Source: an uncultured Candidatus Binatia bacterium (lineage in GTDB: Bacteria > Desulfobacterota > Binatia > UBA9968 > JAJDTQ01). Taken from it: a DNA stretch of 64,000 nt. The notes under the pieces are model-generated. The model was not told where the DNA came from, made no database searches, and saw only the letters and a program-made list of their open reading frames with translations. The DNA lies in assembly GCA_965213675.1 (NCBI GenBank), contig OZ243916.1, positions 1,664,001 to 1,728,000 of the forward strand. Direction: 5' to 3'. A program made the translations under genes and the position numbers. Shown piece after piece: positions 1 to 9,034 of the stretch. Within the stretch, counting starts at the first letter, position 1, and each line of letters opens with the position of its first letter.

Positions 1-3000
1 CACCACCCGCCCGAACAGCCGGTGGTCGCTCAGCCACGCGGGATCCGACGGGAAGACTTCCGTCTCGAAGGAGATCTCGCCGCGAGCGGACTCATGCCGG
101 ACGCCCAGCAGCGGGTGGCCGTCGCTCCCGCGCCGTTGTTTCGGCGCCTCCAGCCAATGGCGTTCCCGTTGAAACGGATACCCCGGCAACGGGATGCGTC
201 GCCGCGCCTCTCCCGCGAAGAGCCCCTCGAAACGAACCGGCAGCCCCGCCCGGTACGCCCCGGCCACCGCCTCGACGAAGCCGTCATCCGGGTCGGCCGG
301 GTCGTCGCCGGACGGTCTGGACAGGCTCGGCAGCACCCTTGGCGCCGGCCTCCCAGGGGACTCGGGCCAGGCCGACACCGCCATCGGGGCCAACACCGAG
401 TGCGGGCCGATCTCCACCACGAGGTCCACGCCGAATTCCGCCAACGTGCGGACGCCGGACGCGAACGCCACCGGCTCCCGTGCATGCCGCCGCCAGTAGA
501 CCCCGTCCAGCCTCTCGCCCGCCTCCACCACCCGGCCGGTCAGGTTGCTGACCACCGCCGCCAGGGAGGGGGACTCGACGGTCACGCCGCCCAGGAACGC
601 TTCCAGCGCGTCCAGAGCCGGCTCCACCAGCGCGCTGTGGAACGCTTTGGTCGTGTTCAGCCGCCTGACCCGGATGCCTTCCGAATCGAAGCGCTTCGAG
701 AGGTTTTCGATGCCCGCCACCGGTCCGCTGACCACTTGGTGGGTTCCATTATCCGCCGAGATGTTGACACCGACTCCGGCCGATGCGTCGTTGGCCGCCT
801 CGACCACGGCCGCCACGCGCGCCGCCGGCGCAAAGACCGCGGCCATGGCGCCCGGATCGATGCCGGACAGGAGAGTGCCCCGCGTCGCCGCCAGCCTCAT
901 CCCGTCCTCCAGGCTGAACACGCCCGCGGCCTGGGCCGCCGCAATTTCGCCCACGCTGTGCCCGAGGACGGCCGCGGGCCGGACACCCACGCTCGCCCAC
1001 AGCGCGGTGAGCGCACACTCCAGCGCATAGAGCGCCGGCTGTTCCCAGGCCGTATCGCCCAGGTCCCCTTCCCCTCCGGTCCTGCCGAACATCACGTCCA
1101 GCAGGGAGGTCCCCCGCTGCTCCCGGAACACCGACTCGCACCGGTCGAGCACCGCCCGCGCCACCGGCTCGCTCTCGTAGAGCGTCCGGCCCATGCCGAC
1201 CCACTGGCTTCCCTGTCCGGTGTAGGCGAATGCCACCGTGTTGGCCGCCGGCCCGGCGTCCTCGCCCGACTGGATCAGGGCCTTCAGCCCCTCGCGCAAG
1301 GAGCCGGCATCGTGGAAGACCACGCCGGCGCGTTGATCGAAGTGGCTCCGTCCCACCCCGGCCGTCCATGCCATGTCCGACAGCGCCGGCTCCGAAGCCG
1401 CGCCTTCGGCCGACAGGTTCTCCGGGGGTTCGTCGAGCCACGACAGATACCGTGCCGCGAGTTCCCGGAGTGCAGCCGGCGACTTGCCCGAGAGCGGCAG
1501 GAAACGGGCCGACCGTGGACCGAGCCCCTGCTCCGGCAACGGCAGGTCCGCCGCGGTCTCGGGCAGCGAGACCGCCACCACCCGGGCCGGGCCGACGGCC
1601 CGGTGTTCCTCTCCGGACGTCTCCTCCGGGGCGAGATACTCCTCCACCACGATATGGGCGTTGGTGCCGGATATCCCGAAGGAGTTCACGCCGGCGCGGC
1701 GCGGCCGGCCGGGACGGTTGGGCCAGTCCATCAGGGCCGTGGTGATGCGCAGCGGCAGACGGTTCCAGTCGAGACGGGGATTGGGATCCCGGAAATGCAG
1801 GTGCTTCGGAAGGACGCCCCGATTGACCACAAGCGCCGTCTTGATCAGGCCGGCGATCCCGGCCGCCGACTCCAGATGGCCGATGTTGGTCTTCACCGAA
1901 GCCACCAGAAGCGGGTGGTCGGGGTCGCGTCCCCTGCCGTAGACATCGGCCACGGCGTTGATCTCGATGGGGTCGCCCACGGCCGTGCCGGTGCCGTGAG
2001 CCTCCAGGTAGTCCACCTCCGCCGGTGGTATTCCCGCCTGCGACAGCGCCGTTTCGATGACCTGCACCAAGGCGGGCGTGTGCGGCACCGTCAGACCGGA
2101 GCTGGCGCCGCCGTGGTTCACCGCCACGCCTCGGATCACCGCCCAGATCCGGTCGCCGTCGGCCTCCGCGTCGCTCAGGCGCTTCAGCACCACGACCCCG
2201 CAACCCTCGCCCCGAACGTAGCCGTTGGCGGAGGCGTCGAACGCCTTGCTCTGTCCGTCCGGGGACAGCATCATGGCGTCCGCCCGCAGCTCGTAGATGC
2301 GGCTGTTCAGCATGGCCTGGACCCCGCCGGCAATGGCCAGGTCCGCCTTCCCCTGCTGGAGGTCCGCCACCGCGTCGTGTACCGACACCAGGGACGAGGC
2401 GCAGGCGGCGTCCACCGCTTTCGCCGGCCCCATGAGGCCCAGCACGAAGGAGACGCGCCCGCTGGTGCCGTTCAGGTTGGTACCGCTCAGGGCATAGAGG
2501 CACTCGGCGGCCCCGGAAGGCTTGGTCGAATCCAACACCAGCATCCGGTACTCGTCGTTGCTGATGCCGGTGTACACGCCGGTGAGGCTCTCCTTGAGCC
2601 GGTCCGGGTCGATCCCCGCGTCCTCCAGGGCCTGCCAACTGGTCTCCAGCATCATGCGCTGTTGCGGGTCCAGCAGTTGGGCTTCCACCGGCGAGATCCG
2701 GAAGAAACCGGCGTCGAACAGCTCGATGTCGTCGACGAAGGCGCCGAAACGGCAGGCTTCGCTGGGCACCGTACCGTCAGGGAAAATCTGGCCCACGCGC
2801 CCGACACCGAAAGCCGGTGTGCTTTCGGTGATGGAGTTGCCGCCGGCTTCGAGCAGGCGCCAGAAGGAGGAAATGTCCGGCGCGCCGGGGAACCGGCACG
2901 CCATGCCGACGATGGCGATGGGCTCGGCGGTCCCGGAAGCCCGGCGGTCGGAACTCTTCGCCCGTACGCCCAGCGCTCGGGACGACGGGGAACCGTCCTT

Positions 3001-3009
3001 GCTCTTCAT
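1..3009 (-). CDS. Type I polyketide synthase (KS-AT-start of DH), SupA-like; runs off the left window edge
   Basis: Manual translation from ATG 3009 (GGAGG RBS) shows EPIAIVGMACRFPG, KS triad motifs DAACASSL / EAHGTGT / KTNIGHLE, AT motifs YTGQGSQW, GHSVG and KAFHS, linker LPGYPFQRERHW, and DH start HPLLG...DHRLFGRVV. It is missing from the ORF track because its stop lies outside the window. Confidence 0.95.
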   Translation of the reverse strand, partial: MKSKDGSPSSRALGVRAKSSDRRASGTAEPIAIVGMACRFPGAPDISSFWRLLEAGGNSITESTPAFGVGRVGQIFPDGTVPSEACRFGAFVDDIELFDAGFFRISPVEAQLLDPQQRMMLETSWQALEDAGIDPDRLKESLTGVYTGISNDEYRMLVLDSTKPSGAAECLYALSGTNLNGTSGRVSFVLGLMGPAKAVDAACASSLVSVHDAVADLQQGKADLAIAGGVQAMLNSRIYELRADAMMLSPDGQSKAFDASANGYVRGEGCGVVVLKRLSDAEADGDRIWAVIRGVAVNHGGASSGLTVPHTPALVQVIETALSQAGIPPAEVDYLEAHGTGTAVGDPIEINAVADVYGRGRDPDHPLLVASVKTNIGHLESAAGIAGLIKTALVVNRGVLPKHLHFRDPNPRLDWNRLPLRITTALMDWPNRPGRPRRAGVNSFGISGTNAHIVVEEYLAPEETSGEEHRAVGPARVVAVSLPETAADLPLPEQGLGPRSARFLPLSGKSPAALRELAARYLSWLDEPPENLSAEGAASEPALSDMAWTAGVGRSHFDQRAGVVFHDAGSLREGLKALIQSGEDAGPAANTVAFAYTGQGSQWVGMGRTLYESEPVARAVLDRCESVFREQRGTSLLDVMFGRTGGEGDLGDTAWEQPALYALECALTALWASVGVRPAAVLGHSVGEIAAAQAAGVFSLEDGMRLAATRGTLLSGIDPGAMAAVFAPAARVAAVVEAANDASAGVGVNISADNGTHQVVSGPVAGIENLSKRFDSEGIRVRRLNTTKAFHSALVEPALDALEAFLGGVTVESPSLAAVVSNLTGRVVEAGERLDGVYWRRHAREPVAFASGVRTLAEFGVDLVVEIGPHSVLAPMAVSAWPESPGRPAPRVLPSLSRPSGDDPADPDDGFVEAVAGAYRAGLPVRFEGLFAGEARRRIPLPGYPFQRERHWLEAPKQRRGSDGHPLLGVRHESARGEISFETEVFPSDPAWLSDHRLFGRVV

Positions 3010-3234
3010 CTCTTCGCCCTCCGCGAATTCCTTGATCCATCGTGCGCGACGAAACGCAACGGGTCGCAGGCATTTCGTACAGCCGCCTTTCGCGACCACC
3101 GCGCTTGCGCTTCCTGCCATTCCCGCAAGAGCAGTACACACGTGCCGACAAAAGAACTCCTGCGCACCTTACCACGCTGCCGACGGCGAAAAAGACCCGC
3201 GGATTGTTATGCGAATCAACCAGGCACCACACTA

Positions 3235-3529
3235 GCCGTGGCGGGCCGGCGGCCACCCCGAGACCGCCGGCGGCGACGCCGGTTAGCTCAGCCACCGATA
3301 CCGCGGTGGTGTAGGCCGTGTTGGGGACCGTTCCGGCGAAGCCGGAGACCAGGTTGCCGAGCCCGTCCACGGCCGCGGCGATGAGCATGATCACCGTCCC
3401 CAAAACCGTGGGGATCAGGATGGTGACGGTAGCGCTCAGCACCGCGAGTTGCAGGCCAAGGCCCAGGGAGGCGGCCAGCGGGGGCGTTTCGTCGGGTTGG
3501 TAGCGGATGCCGGTGGTTGTCAATCTCAA
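3235..3529 (-). pseudogene. Internally deleted NCS2 (xanthine/uracil) permease relic
   Basis: The N-terminal NCS2-like segment YQPDETPPLAASLGLGLQ is joined almost directly to the NAT-signature region DGLGNLVSGFAGTVPNTAY...ELTGVAA. About 95 aa remain of a family that is normally over 400 aa. Confidence 0.7.
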
Positions 3530-3661
3530 CCCTCCTGACCGTCGGTTCAGAAACTCCCACGGGGTGCCGCCTGCTCAACCGGCGCCGGTCCGGCTGTCGG
3601 AACCGGCGGTTTACGGGTACAGTGAAGCGACACACAAGTCGGTCAACGGAGGCGACAGGAC

Positions 3662-4384
3662 ATGCCGGAAGAATACAACCTGGAAGGCGCACCGGAATCC
3701 ATGCGCGCGCCGCTCGGGCGCTACGCGGAGACCCTCAAGGAGCTCGCTGGTGACAACGCCCGGTCGTTGACGCTGTTCGGCGCCATTGCCGCCGGCACGT
3801 TCAATCCGCGGTCCCACACCGCTCGGAGCGTCTTCGTGGTTGAGGCCGTAGACCTGGACGTACTTCATCAGTTGGCGAAACAGGGGCCGCGCCTGGGGAA
3901 GGCGCGCATCGCCGCGCCCCTCATCATGACGCCGGAATACATCGACGCATCCATGGACACGTTTCCGCTCGAGTTCCTGGAAATCGCCCAGCACCACATC
4001 TGCGTGTTCGGCGAGGACTACTTCCGGGAACTGCCCCTCCAGGCCGCGGACGTACGGCACGAGTGCGAGCGGGAGATCAAGACCATCCAGCTCGGCATGC
4101 GACAGGCACTGCTGGCCGCGGCGGGCCGGGACAAGGCCCTGACCACCGTGGAGGTGGACGTGGGGGAGCGCCTGCTGCGGTCCCTGCGTGGATTGCTGTG
4201 GCTGCACGGCGACACCGAGCCCAGGGCGGCGCTGGATGCGGTGGCGGCTGTCGAGGGCGGCATTCAGCGATCGCTGCCGGGGGTTCGAAGCGCCGTCGAC
4301 AACCGCAGCGGTCACGGATGGGAGGAGTTCAAGACCCTTTACGCGGACGTGGACGCCCTGAGGACCCATATCAATGCCTGGTAG
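3662..4384 (+). CDS. Nucleotidyltransferase-fold protein associated with TPM/LemA
   Basis: SLTLFGAIAAGTF and MDTFPLEFLEI motifs typical of the family found next to TPM/LemA genes; GGAGG/AGGA RBS. Confidence 0.75.
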   Translation: MPEEYNLEGAPESMRAPLGRYAETLKELAGDNARSLTLFGAIAAGTFNPRSHTARSVFVVEAVDLDVLHQLAKQGPRLGKARIAAPLIMTPEYIDASMDTFPLEFLEIAQHHICVFGEDYFRELPLQAADVRHECEREIKTIQLGMRQALLAAAGRDKALTTVEVDVGERLLRSLRGLLWLHGDTEPRAALDAVAAVEGGIQRSLPGVRSAVDNRSGHGWEEFKTLYADVDALRTHINAW

Positions 4385-5219
4385 GCTCGCCCGCTTCCCG
4401 CTCGGGCCGGCGCTACTGGCCGTGTGCCTTGCCGCACTGGCGCTGCTCGCTTCGGCGGCGGGCGCGGCGGTCACGGTCAAGGATCCGGGAACGTACGTGG
4501 TGGACAAGGCCGGTCTCATCGACGCCGCCACCGAACGGCGGATGGAGGGCTGGCTGCGGGAGCTGGAGCGGAAGACCACGGCCCAGGTCAAGGTCCTGAC
4601 CGTTCCCACGACGGACGGAGAAGACTTCTTCGGCTTCGTGCAGCGCCACGCCGAGGCCTGGAAGCTCGGCCGCAAGGGCAAGGACAACGGCGCGCTCATC
4701 ACCTTGACCCTGAAGGAGCGGAGGGTGCGGGTACACACCGGGTACGGCCTTGAAGGGGTGCTGCCCGACTCCTGGGCCGGCACCGCTTCGCGACGGGTGG
4801 CCCAGGATTTCTTCAGGGCAGGAAAATTTGCCGAGGGTTTGTTTGCCCTCACCGTCGCGACGGCCAACCGGGTGGCGGACGCGGCGCGGGTGAAGCTCAC
4901 CGGAGCGCCCGACTACCGAATCCGCGGCGGCCGGCGGCGCGTGACCGGCACGGGCATCGGCGGCTCGCTGATGCCCGTGCTGATAGGCCTGTTCTTCCTG
5001 AGCTCGCTACGCCGGCGCCGTCATCGCACGGCGTGGGGAGGCCGGGGCGCGGCTTCCGGTTTGCTGATGGGAGCGGTCCTCGGTAGCCTCCTTGGAGGCG
5101 GCGGGCGTTCCTGGGGTGGCTCAGGCGGAGGTCTCGGAGGGGGCTTCGGCGGCGGCTTCGGGGGTTCCTTCGGCGGCGGCGGCGGCTTCGGAGGAGGAGG
5201 AGGCGGAGCCGGCTGGTGA
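4374..5219 (+). CDS. TPM domain (YgcG-like) membrane protein with Gly-rich tail
   Basis: Signal peptide, WKLGRKGKDNGALI, TGYGLEGVLPD and C-terminal GGFGGGGAGW. Confidence 0.92.
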   Translation: MPGRLARFPLGPALLAVCLAALALLASAAGAAVTVKDPGTYVVDKAGLIDAATERRMEGWLRELERKTTAQVKVLTVPTTDGEDFFGFVQRHAEAWKLGRKGKDNGALITLTLKERRVRVHTGYGLEGVLPDSWAGTASRRVAQDFFRAGKFAEGLFALTVATANRVADAARVKLTGAPDYRIRGGRRRVTGTGIGGSLMPVLIGLFFLSSLRRRRHRTAWGGRGAASGLLMGAVLGSLLGGGGRSWGGSGGGLGGGFGGGFGGSFGGGGGFGGGGGGAGW

Positions 5220-5331
5220 CACCCACTGGTCGCGGCTCCCTGTCGGACGTGGCACGGACGGGTTTGGAACCGGCGCGTACGTTGACTGGCTGCACGATCC
5301 GTGGATAACTCGTAGGGGAAGGGAGAGAAGG

Positions 5332-5904
5332 TTGAGCGCATCGAGAATTTTGCTGGTGGGGCTGGCTGCCATCGTCGGGATGGTGTTGCTGGCGGGCGGC
5401 TGTGTCCTCAACGGCTACAACCGCGCCATCACCTTCGACGAAGGGGTCAAGAATCAGTGGGCGCAGGTGGAGAACCAGCTCCAGCGCCGCTTCGAGCTGA
5501 TCCCCAACCTGGTGGAAACGGTCAAGGGCGTGGCCGGTCAGGAAGAAAAGATATACCTGGGTGTGGCCAACGCGCGTAAAGCCTACTTCCAGGCGAACTC
5601 GGTCAATCAGAAAGCCCAGGCCGCCGCCGGCTTCGAACGCGCGCTCTCGCGATTGCTCGTATTGCGCGAGCAGTATCCGCAGCTCAAGTCCAACCAGTCC
5701 TTTCTCAAACTCCAGGACCAGCTCGAAGGCACGGAGAACCGTCTGGCGGTGGAACGAAAGCGCTTCAACGACGCCGTCACCGCGGTGAACACGTTCGTGA
5801 GGAAGCTGCCGGGGCGCTTCTACGCCGGTCTCGCAGGGGTCGAGAAGGCCGAATACTTCCAAGTGGACGAAGCCGCCCGGGAGACCCCGCGAGTCAGCTT
5901 CTGA
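5332..5904 (+). CDS. lemA: LemA family protein
   Basis: WAQVENQLQRRFELIPNLVETVKG, YPQLKSNQSF and LEGTENRLAVER; TTG start chosen after a purine-rich RBS. Confidence 0.95.
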   Translation: MSASRILLVGLAAIVGMVLLAGGCVLNGYNRAITFDEGVKNQWAQVENQLQRRFELIPNLVETVKGVAGQEEKIYLGVANARKAYFQANSVNQKAQAAAGFERALSRLLVLREQYPQLKSNQSFLKLQDQLEGTENRLAVERKRFNDAVTAVNTFVRKLPGRFYAGLAGVEKAEYFQVDEAARETPRVSF

Positions 5905-6043
5905 GAGCCGTTATCCCCAATGTTGTAAAAGGTTCGTGGAGAGCGCTTCGAAACTCGGCCTACAAAACGTCATTCCCGCGAGGGTTACGAAGCGCCATTC
6001 CGCAATCGTCACCATCATTTTCGGGGTATGCCATAGGCAAAAT

Positions 6044-6071
6044 TTGACATATCGAACTTTTCAGTTATATT
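6044..6071 (+). promoter_or_regulatory. sigma70-type promoter (TTGACA-16 nt-TATATT)
   Basis: Perfect -35 at 6044-6049 and TATATT at 6066-6071 in an AT-rich patch, upstream of an AAGGAGG RBS. Confidence 0.7.
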
Positions 6072-6104
6072 GAGACCAGAAACCAATCACGCAAGGAGGG
6101 ATCA

Positions 6105-6176
6105 TTGGAAGTCTGGCTCATCATCATCGTGTCCATCGCCGTCAGCCTCGCCATCGCGTCGTTGCTGGAATACTGA
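6105..6176 (+). CDS. Putative 23-aa single-TM small protein MEVWLIIIVSIAVSLAIASLLEY
   Basis: AAGGAGG at 6093-6099, TTG start 5 nt later, fully hydrophobic core, GC-rich third codon positions and an upstream promoter. Confidence 0.6.
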   Translation: MEVWLIIIVSIAVSLAIASLLEY

Positions 6177-6216
6177 TTCCGGCGGCGACCCTCCGTTGAA
6201 ATGACCGCGCGCGGCG

Positions 6217-8964
6217 CTACACCCGCTCCACGCGCGCGGCGCAGAACTTGTACTCCGGGATTTTTCCATAGGGATCGAGCGCCGGGTTGGTCAGCAGGTT
6301 CACGGCCGCCTCGGCAAAACAGAACGGAATGAAGACGCAGCCCTCGGGGACGGCGCTGTCGGCGCGCGCCTTGATGTCGATGACGCCGCGGCGGGTGGCG
6401 ACGCGCACGAGGTCGCCGGCGGCGACGCCGAGACGGCGCAGTTCCGCGGGGGAGAGGCTCGCCACTGCCTCGGGCTCCAGCTCGTCGAGCACGCTGGCGC
6501 GCCTCGTGATGGCGCCGGTGTGCCAGTGCTCCAGTTGGCGGCCGGTGCTGAGGATCATGGGGAACAACGCGTCGGGCTGTTCCGCGGGCGGGATGATGTC
6601 CACGGGCACCAGCCTGCCCCGGTGGCTGGCGGTGGGGAAACCCTCGGCGAACACGATGTCGGTTCCGGGCTGGTCCGGCGCCGGGCATGGATAGGTGACG
6701 GAGCTTTCCCGATCCACCCGCTCCCAGGTGATGTGCTGGAGGGAAGGCATGACCTGCTTCATCTCCGCGAAGACATCCGCCGGGCCGGAGTAGTTCCAGT
6801 CGAGGCCCATGCGCCGCGCGATCTCCTGGATGATCCACCAGTCCTGCCGGACGCCGTCCGGGGGCGCCAGCGCGGCGCGCCCCATCTGCACCTGACGGTT
6901 GCTGTTGGTGACGGTGCCGTTCTTCTCGGGCCACGCCGAGGCGGGCAGCACCACGTCGGCGTGAAACGCCGTTTCGGTGAGGAAGATCTCCTGCACCACC
7001 AAGTGCTCCAGCCGGGCCAACGCCTCGCGCGCATGCTGCACGTCGGGGTCCGACATGGCCGGGTTCTCGCCCATGATGTACATGCCCTTGATCCGCCCGG
7101 CATGCACCGCGTCCACGATCTCCATCACGGTGAGGCCCCGTTGCGGATCCAGCGCCGTCTTCCAGACATCCTCGAAACTGCGGCGCACGGCATCCTGCTC
7201 CACCGAGCGGTAGTCGGGGTAGAACATGGGGATGAGGCCGGCGTCGGAGGCGCCCTGCACGTTGTTCTGGCCGCGCAGCGGATGAAGGCCCGTGCCGGGC
7301 CGCCCCACCTGTCCGGTCACCAGGGCCAACGCGATGAGGCAGCGCGCGTTGTCGGTGCCGTGAATGTGTTGCGAGATGCCCATGCCCCAGAAGATGATCG
7401 CGGCCCGGGCGCGGGCGTACAGCCGCGCCACCGCGCGCAGCGTGCCAGCGTCGATGCCGCACACCTCCGCCATGGCCTCGGGCGTGAACTCCGCCACGTG
7501 CCGCTTCAGTTCCTCGAAGCCTTCCGTGTGGGCCGCCACGTAGTCGTGGTCGTAGAGATCTTCCTGAATGATGACGTGGAGCAGCGCGTTGAGCAGCGCC
7601 ACGTCCGTGCCGGGCCTGAACTGGAGCATGCGGGTGGCGTGGCGCCGCAGCGCCTGACCGCGCGGGTCCATCACGATCAGCTCGGCTCCGCGCCGGGCGG
7701 CCTGCTTGAAGTAGGTGGCCGCCACCGGGTGGTTCTCCGTCGGGTTGGCGCCGATGACGACGACCACGTCCGCGTCCTCGCAGGCGGTGAAGGGCGCAGT
7801 CACCGCGGCCGAGCCGATGCCCTCCATGAGCGCCGCCACCGAGGACGCGTGGCACAGCCGCGTGCAGTGGTCCACGTTGTTGGTGCCGAAGCCCGCGCGC
7901 ACGAGCTTTTGCACCAGGTAGGCCTCTTCGTTGGAACCCTTGGCCGAGCCGTAGGCCCCCAAGGCGGCGCCGCCGTCGCGCTCCCGGATCTTCCGAAGCC
8001 CCGCGGCGGCCAGGTCCAGCGCTTCGTCCCAGGCGGCCTCGCGGAAATGCGTGTACGGGTTGGCCGGGTCGATGTCCGCCGACGCGTCCTTGAGCGCGCC
8101 GGCGCGGCGGATCAGCGGCACGGTGAGCCGATGCGGGTGGGTCACATAATCGAATCCGAAGCGCCCCTTGACGCACAGCCGCCCGCGGTTGGACGGCCCG
8201 GTGCGGCCGCGCACCGCCACGATGGCGTTGTCCGTAACGCCATAGTCGATCTGGCAGCCCACGCCGCAGTAGGGGCACACGCTGGGCACCTGGGCCAGGT
8301 CGTCGCGCTTGTCCACGCCAGCGGCGTCCACCAGCGAGGCGGGCATGAGCGCGCCGGTGGGACACGCCTGCACGCATTCGCCGCAGGCCACGCAGGTGCT
8401 CTCGCCCATGGGATCGTCGAAATCGAAGACCACCTTGGCGCCGGCGCCGCGGTGGGCCATGCCGATGACGTCGTTCACCTGCACCTCCCGGCAGGCGCGC
8501 ACGCACAGATTGCAGTGGATACAGGCGTCCAGGGCCACGCGCATGGCCGGGTGGCTGGCGTCCGGCGCCGGCGCCGCGCGCGCCGGGAAACGGCTGTCGG
8601 TCACGTCCAACCGCTCGGCCCACTGCCACAGGCGCGAGCCGGCGTCATGGGCCGCCTCCCGGGCGGGCTGGTCCGCCATCAGCAGTTCCATGACCATCCG
8701 GCGCGCGCTCCGGGCGCGCTCGCTGTCCGTGCGCACCTTCATGCCCGGCGCCGGGCGGCGGATGCACGAAGCCGCCAGCACCCGCTCCCCTTCCACCTCC
8801 ACCATGCACGCGCGGCAGTTGCCGTCGGGCCGGTAACCGGGCTGCGGGTCGTAGCACAGGTGCGGCAGCACCGTGCCTTGGCGCTCGGCCGCCTGCCATA
8901 GGGTCTCGCCGGACGCAGCCTCCACTTCGCGGCCGTCAAGCATGAAGCGCACGGGTTCGCTCAC
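6217..8964 (-). CDS. fdhF: Formate dehydrogenase alpha subunit (Mo/W-bisPGD, Cys-type, N-terminal Fe-S domains)
   Basis: GNCRACMVE, CIHCNLCVRAC, CPYCGVGC, NNVDHCTRLCH, PLRGQNNVQG and KIPEYKFCA. Confidence 0.97.
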   Translation of the reverse strand: MSEPVRFMLDGREVEAASGETLWQAAERQGTVLPHLCYDPQPGYRPDGNCRACMVEVEGERVLAASCIRRPAPGMKVRTDSERARSARRMVMELLMADQPAREAAHDAGSRLWQWAERLDVTDSRFPARAAPAPDASHPAMRVALDACIHCNLCVRACREVQVNDVIGMAHRGAGAKVVFDFDDPMGESTCVACGECVQACPTGALMPASLVDAAGVDKRDDLAQVPSVCPYCGVGCQIDYGVTDNAIVAVRGRTGPSNRGRLCVKGRFGFDYVTHPHRLTVPLIRRAGALKDASADIDPANPYTHFREAAWDEALDLAAAGLRKIRERDGGAALGAYGSAKGSNEEAYLVQKLVRAGFGTNNVDHCTRLCHASSVAALMEGIGSAAVTAPFTACEDADVVVVIGANPTENHPVAATYFKQAARRGAELIVMDPRGQALRRHATRMLQFRPGTDVALLNALLHVIIQEDLYDHDYVAAHTEGFEELKRHVAEFTPEAMAEVCGIDAGTLRAVARLYARARAAIIFWGMGISQHIHGTDNARCLIALALVTGQVGRPGTGLHPLRGQNNVQGASDAGLIPMFYPDYRSVEQDAVRRSFEDVWKTALDPQRGLTVMEIVDAVHAGRIKGMYIMGENPAMSDPDVQHAREALARLEHLVVQEIFLTETAFHADVVLPASAWPEKNGTVTNSNRQVQMGRAALAPPDGVRQDWWIIQEIARRMGLDWNYSGPADVFAEMKQVMPSLQHITWERVDRESSVTYPCPAPDQPGTDIVFAEGFPTASHRGRLVPVDIIPPAEQPDALFPMILSTGRQLEHWHTGAITRRASVLDELEPEAVASLSPAELRRLGVAAGDLVRVATRRGVIDIKARADSAVPEGCVFIPFCFAEAAVNLLTNPALDPYGKIPEYKFCAARVERV

Positions 8965-9034
8965 CGCAGTTCCTCCCGATGATCGCGCGGGGCGTTGTCC
9001 GTGCGCTCCATGGCGTGGTCGCGGTTGTGTCCGC

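Noticed and set aside
22-3384. 1120-aa plus-strand ORF, and similar long antisense ORFs such as 6520-8901, 40745-42328, 44296-46620, 49716-52454 and 57093-59486
   Set aside because: Shadow ORFs opposite well-supported genes in high-GC DNA; Arg/Pro/Gly-rich with no motifs.
5090-5219. GGC/GGA-rich low-complexity tract
   Set aside because: Encodes the normal Gly-rich tail of TPM proteins.
7840-7880. Selenocysteine at the FDH active site
   Set aside because: The motif reads CTRLCH with a Cys codon; there is no in-frame TGA.
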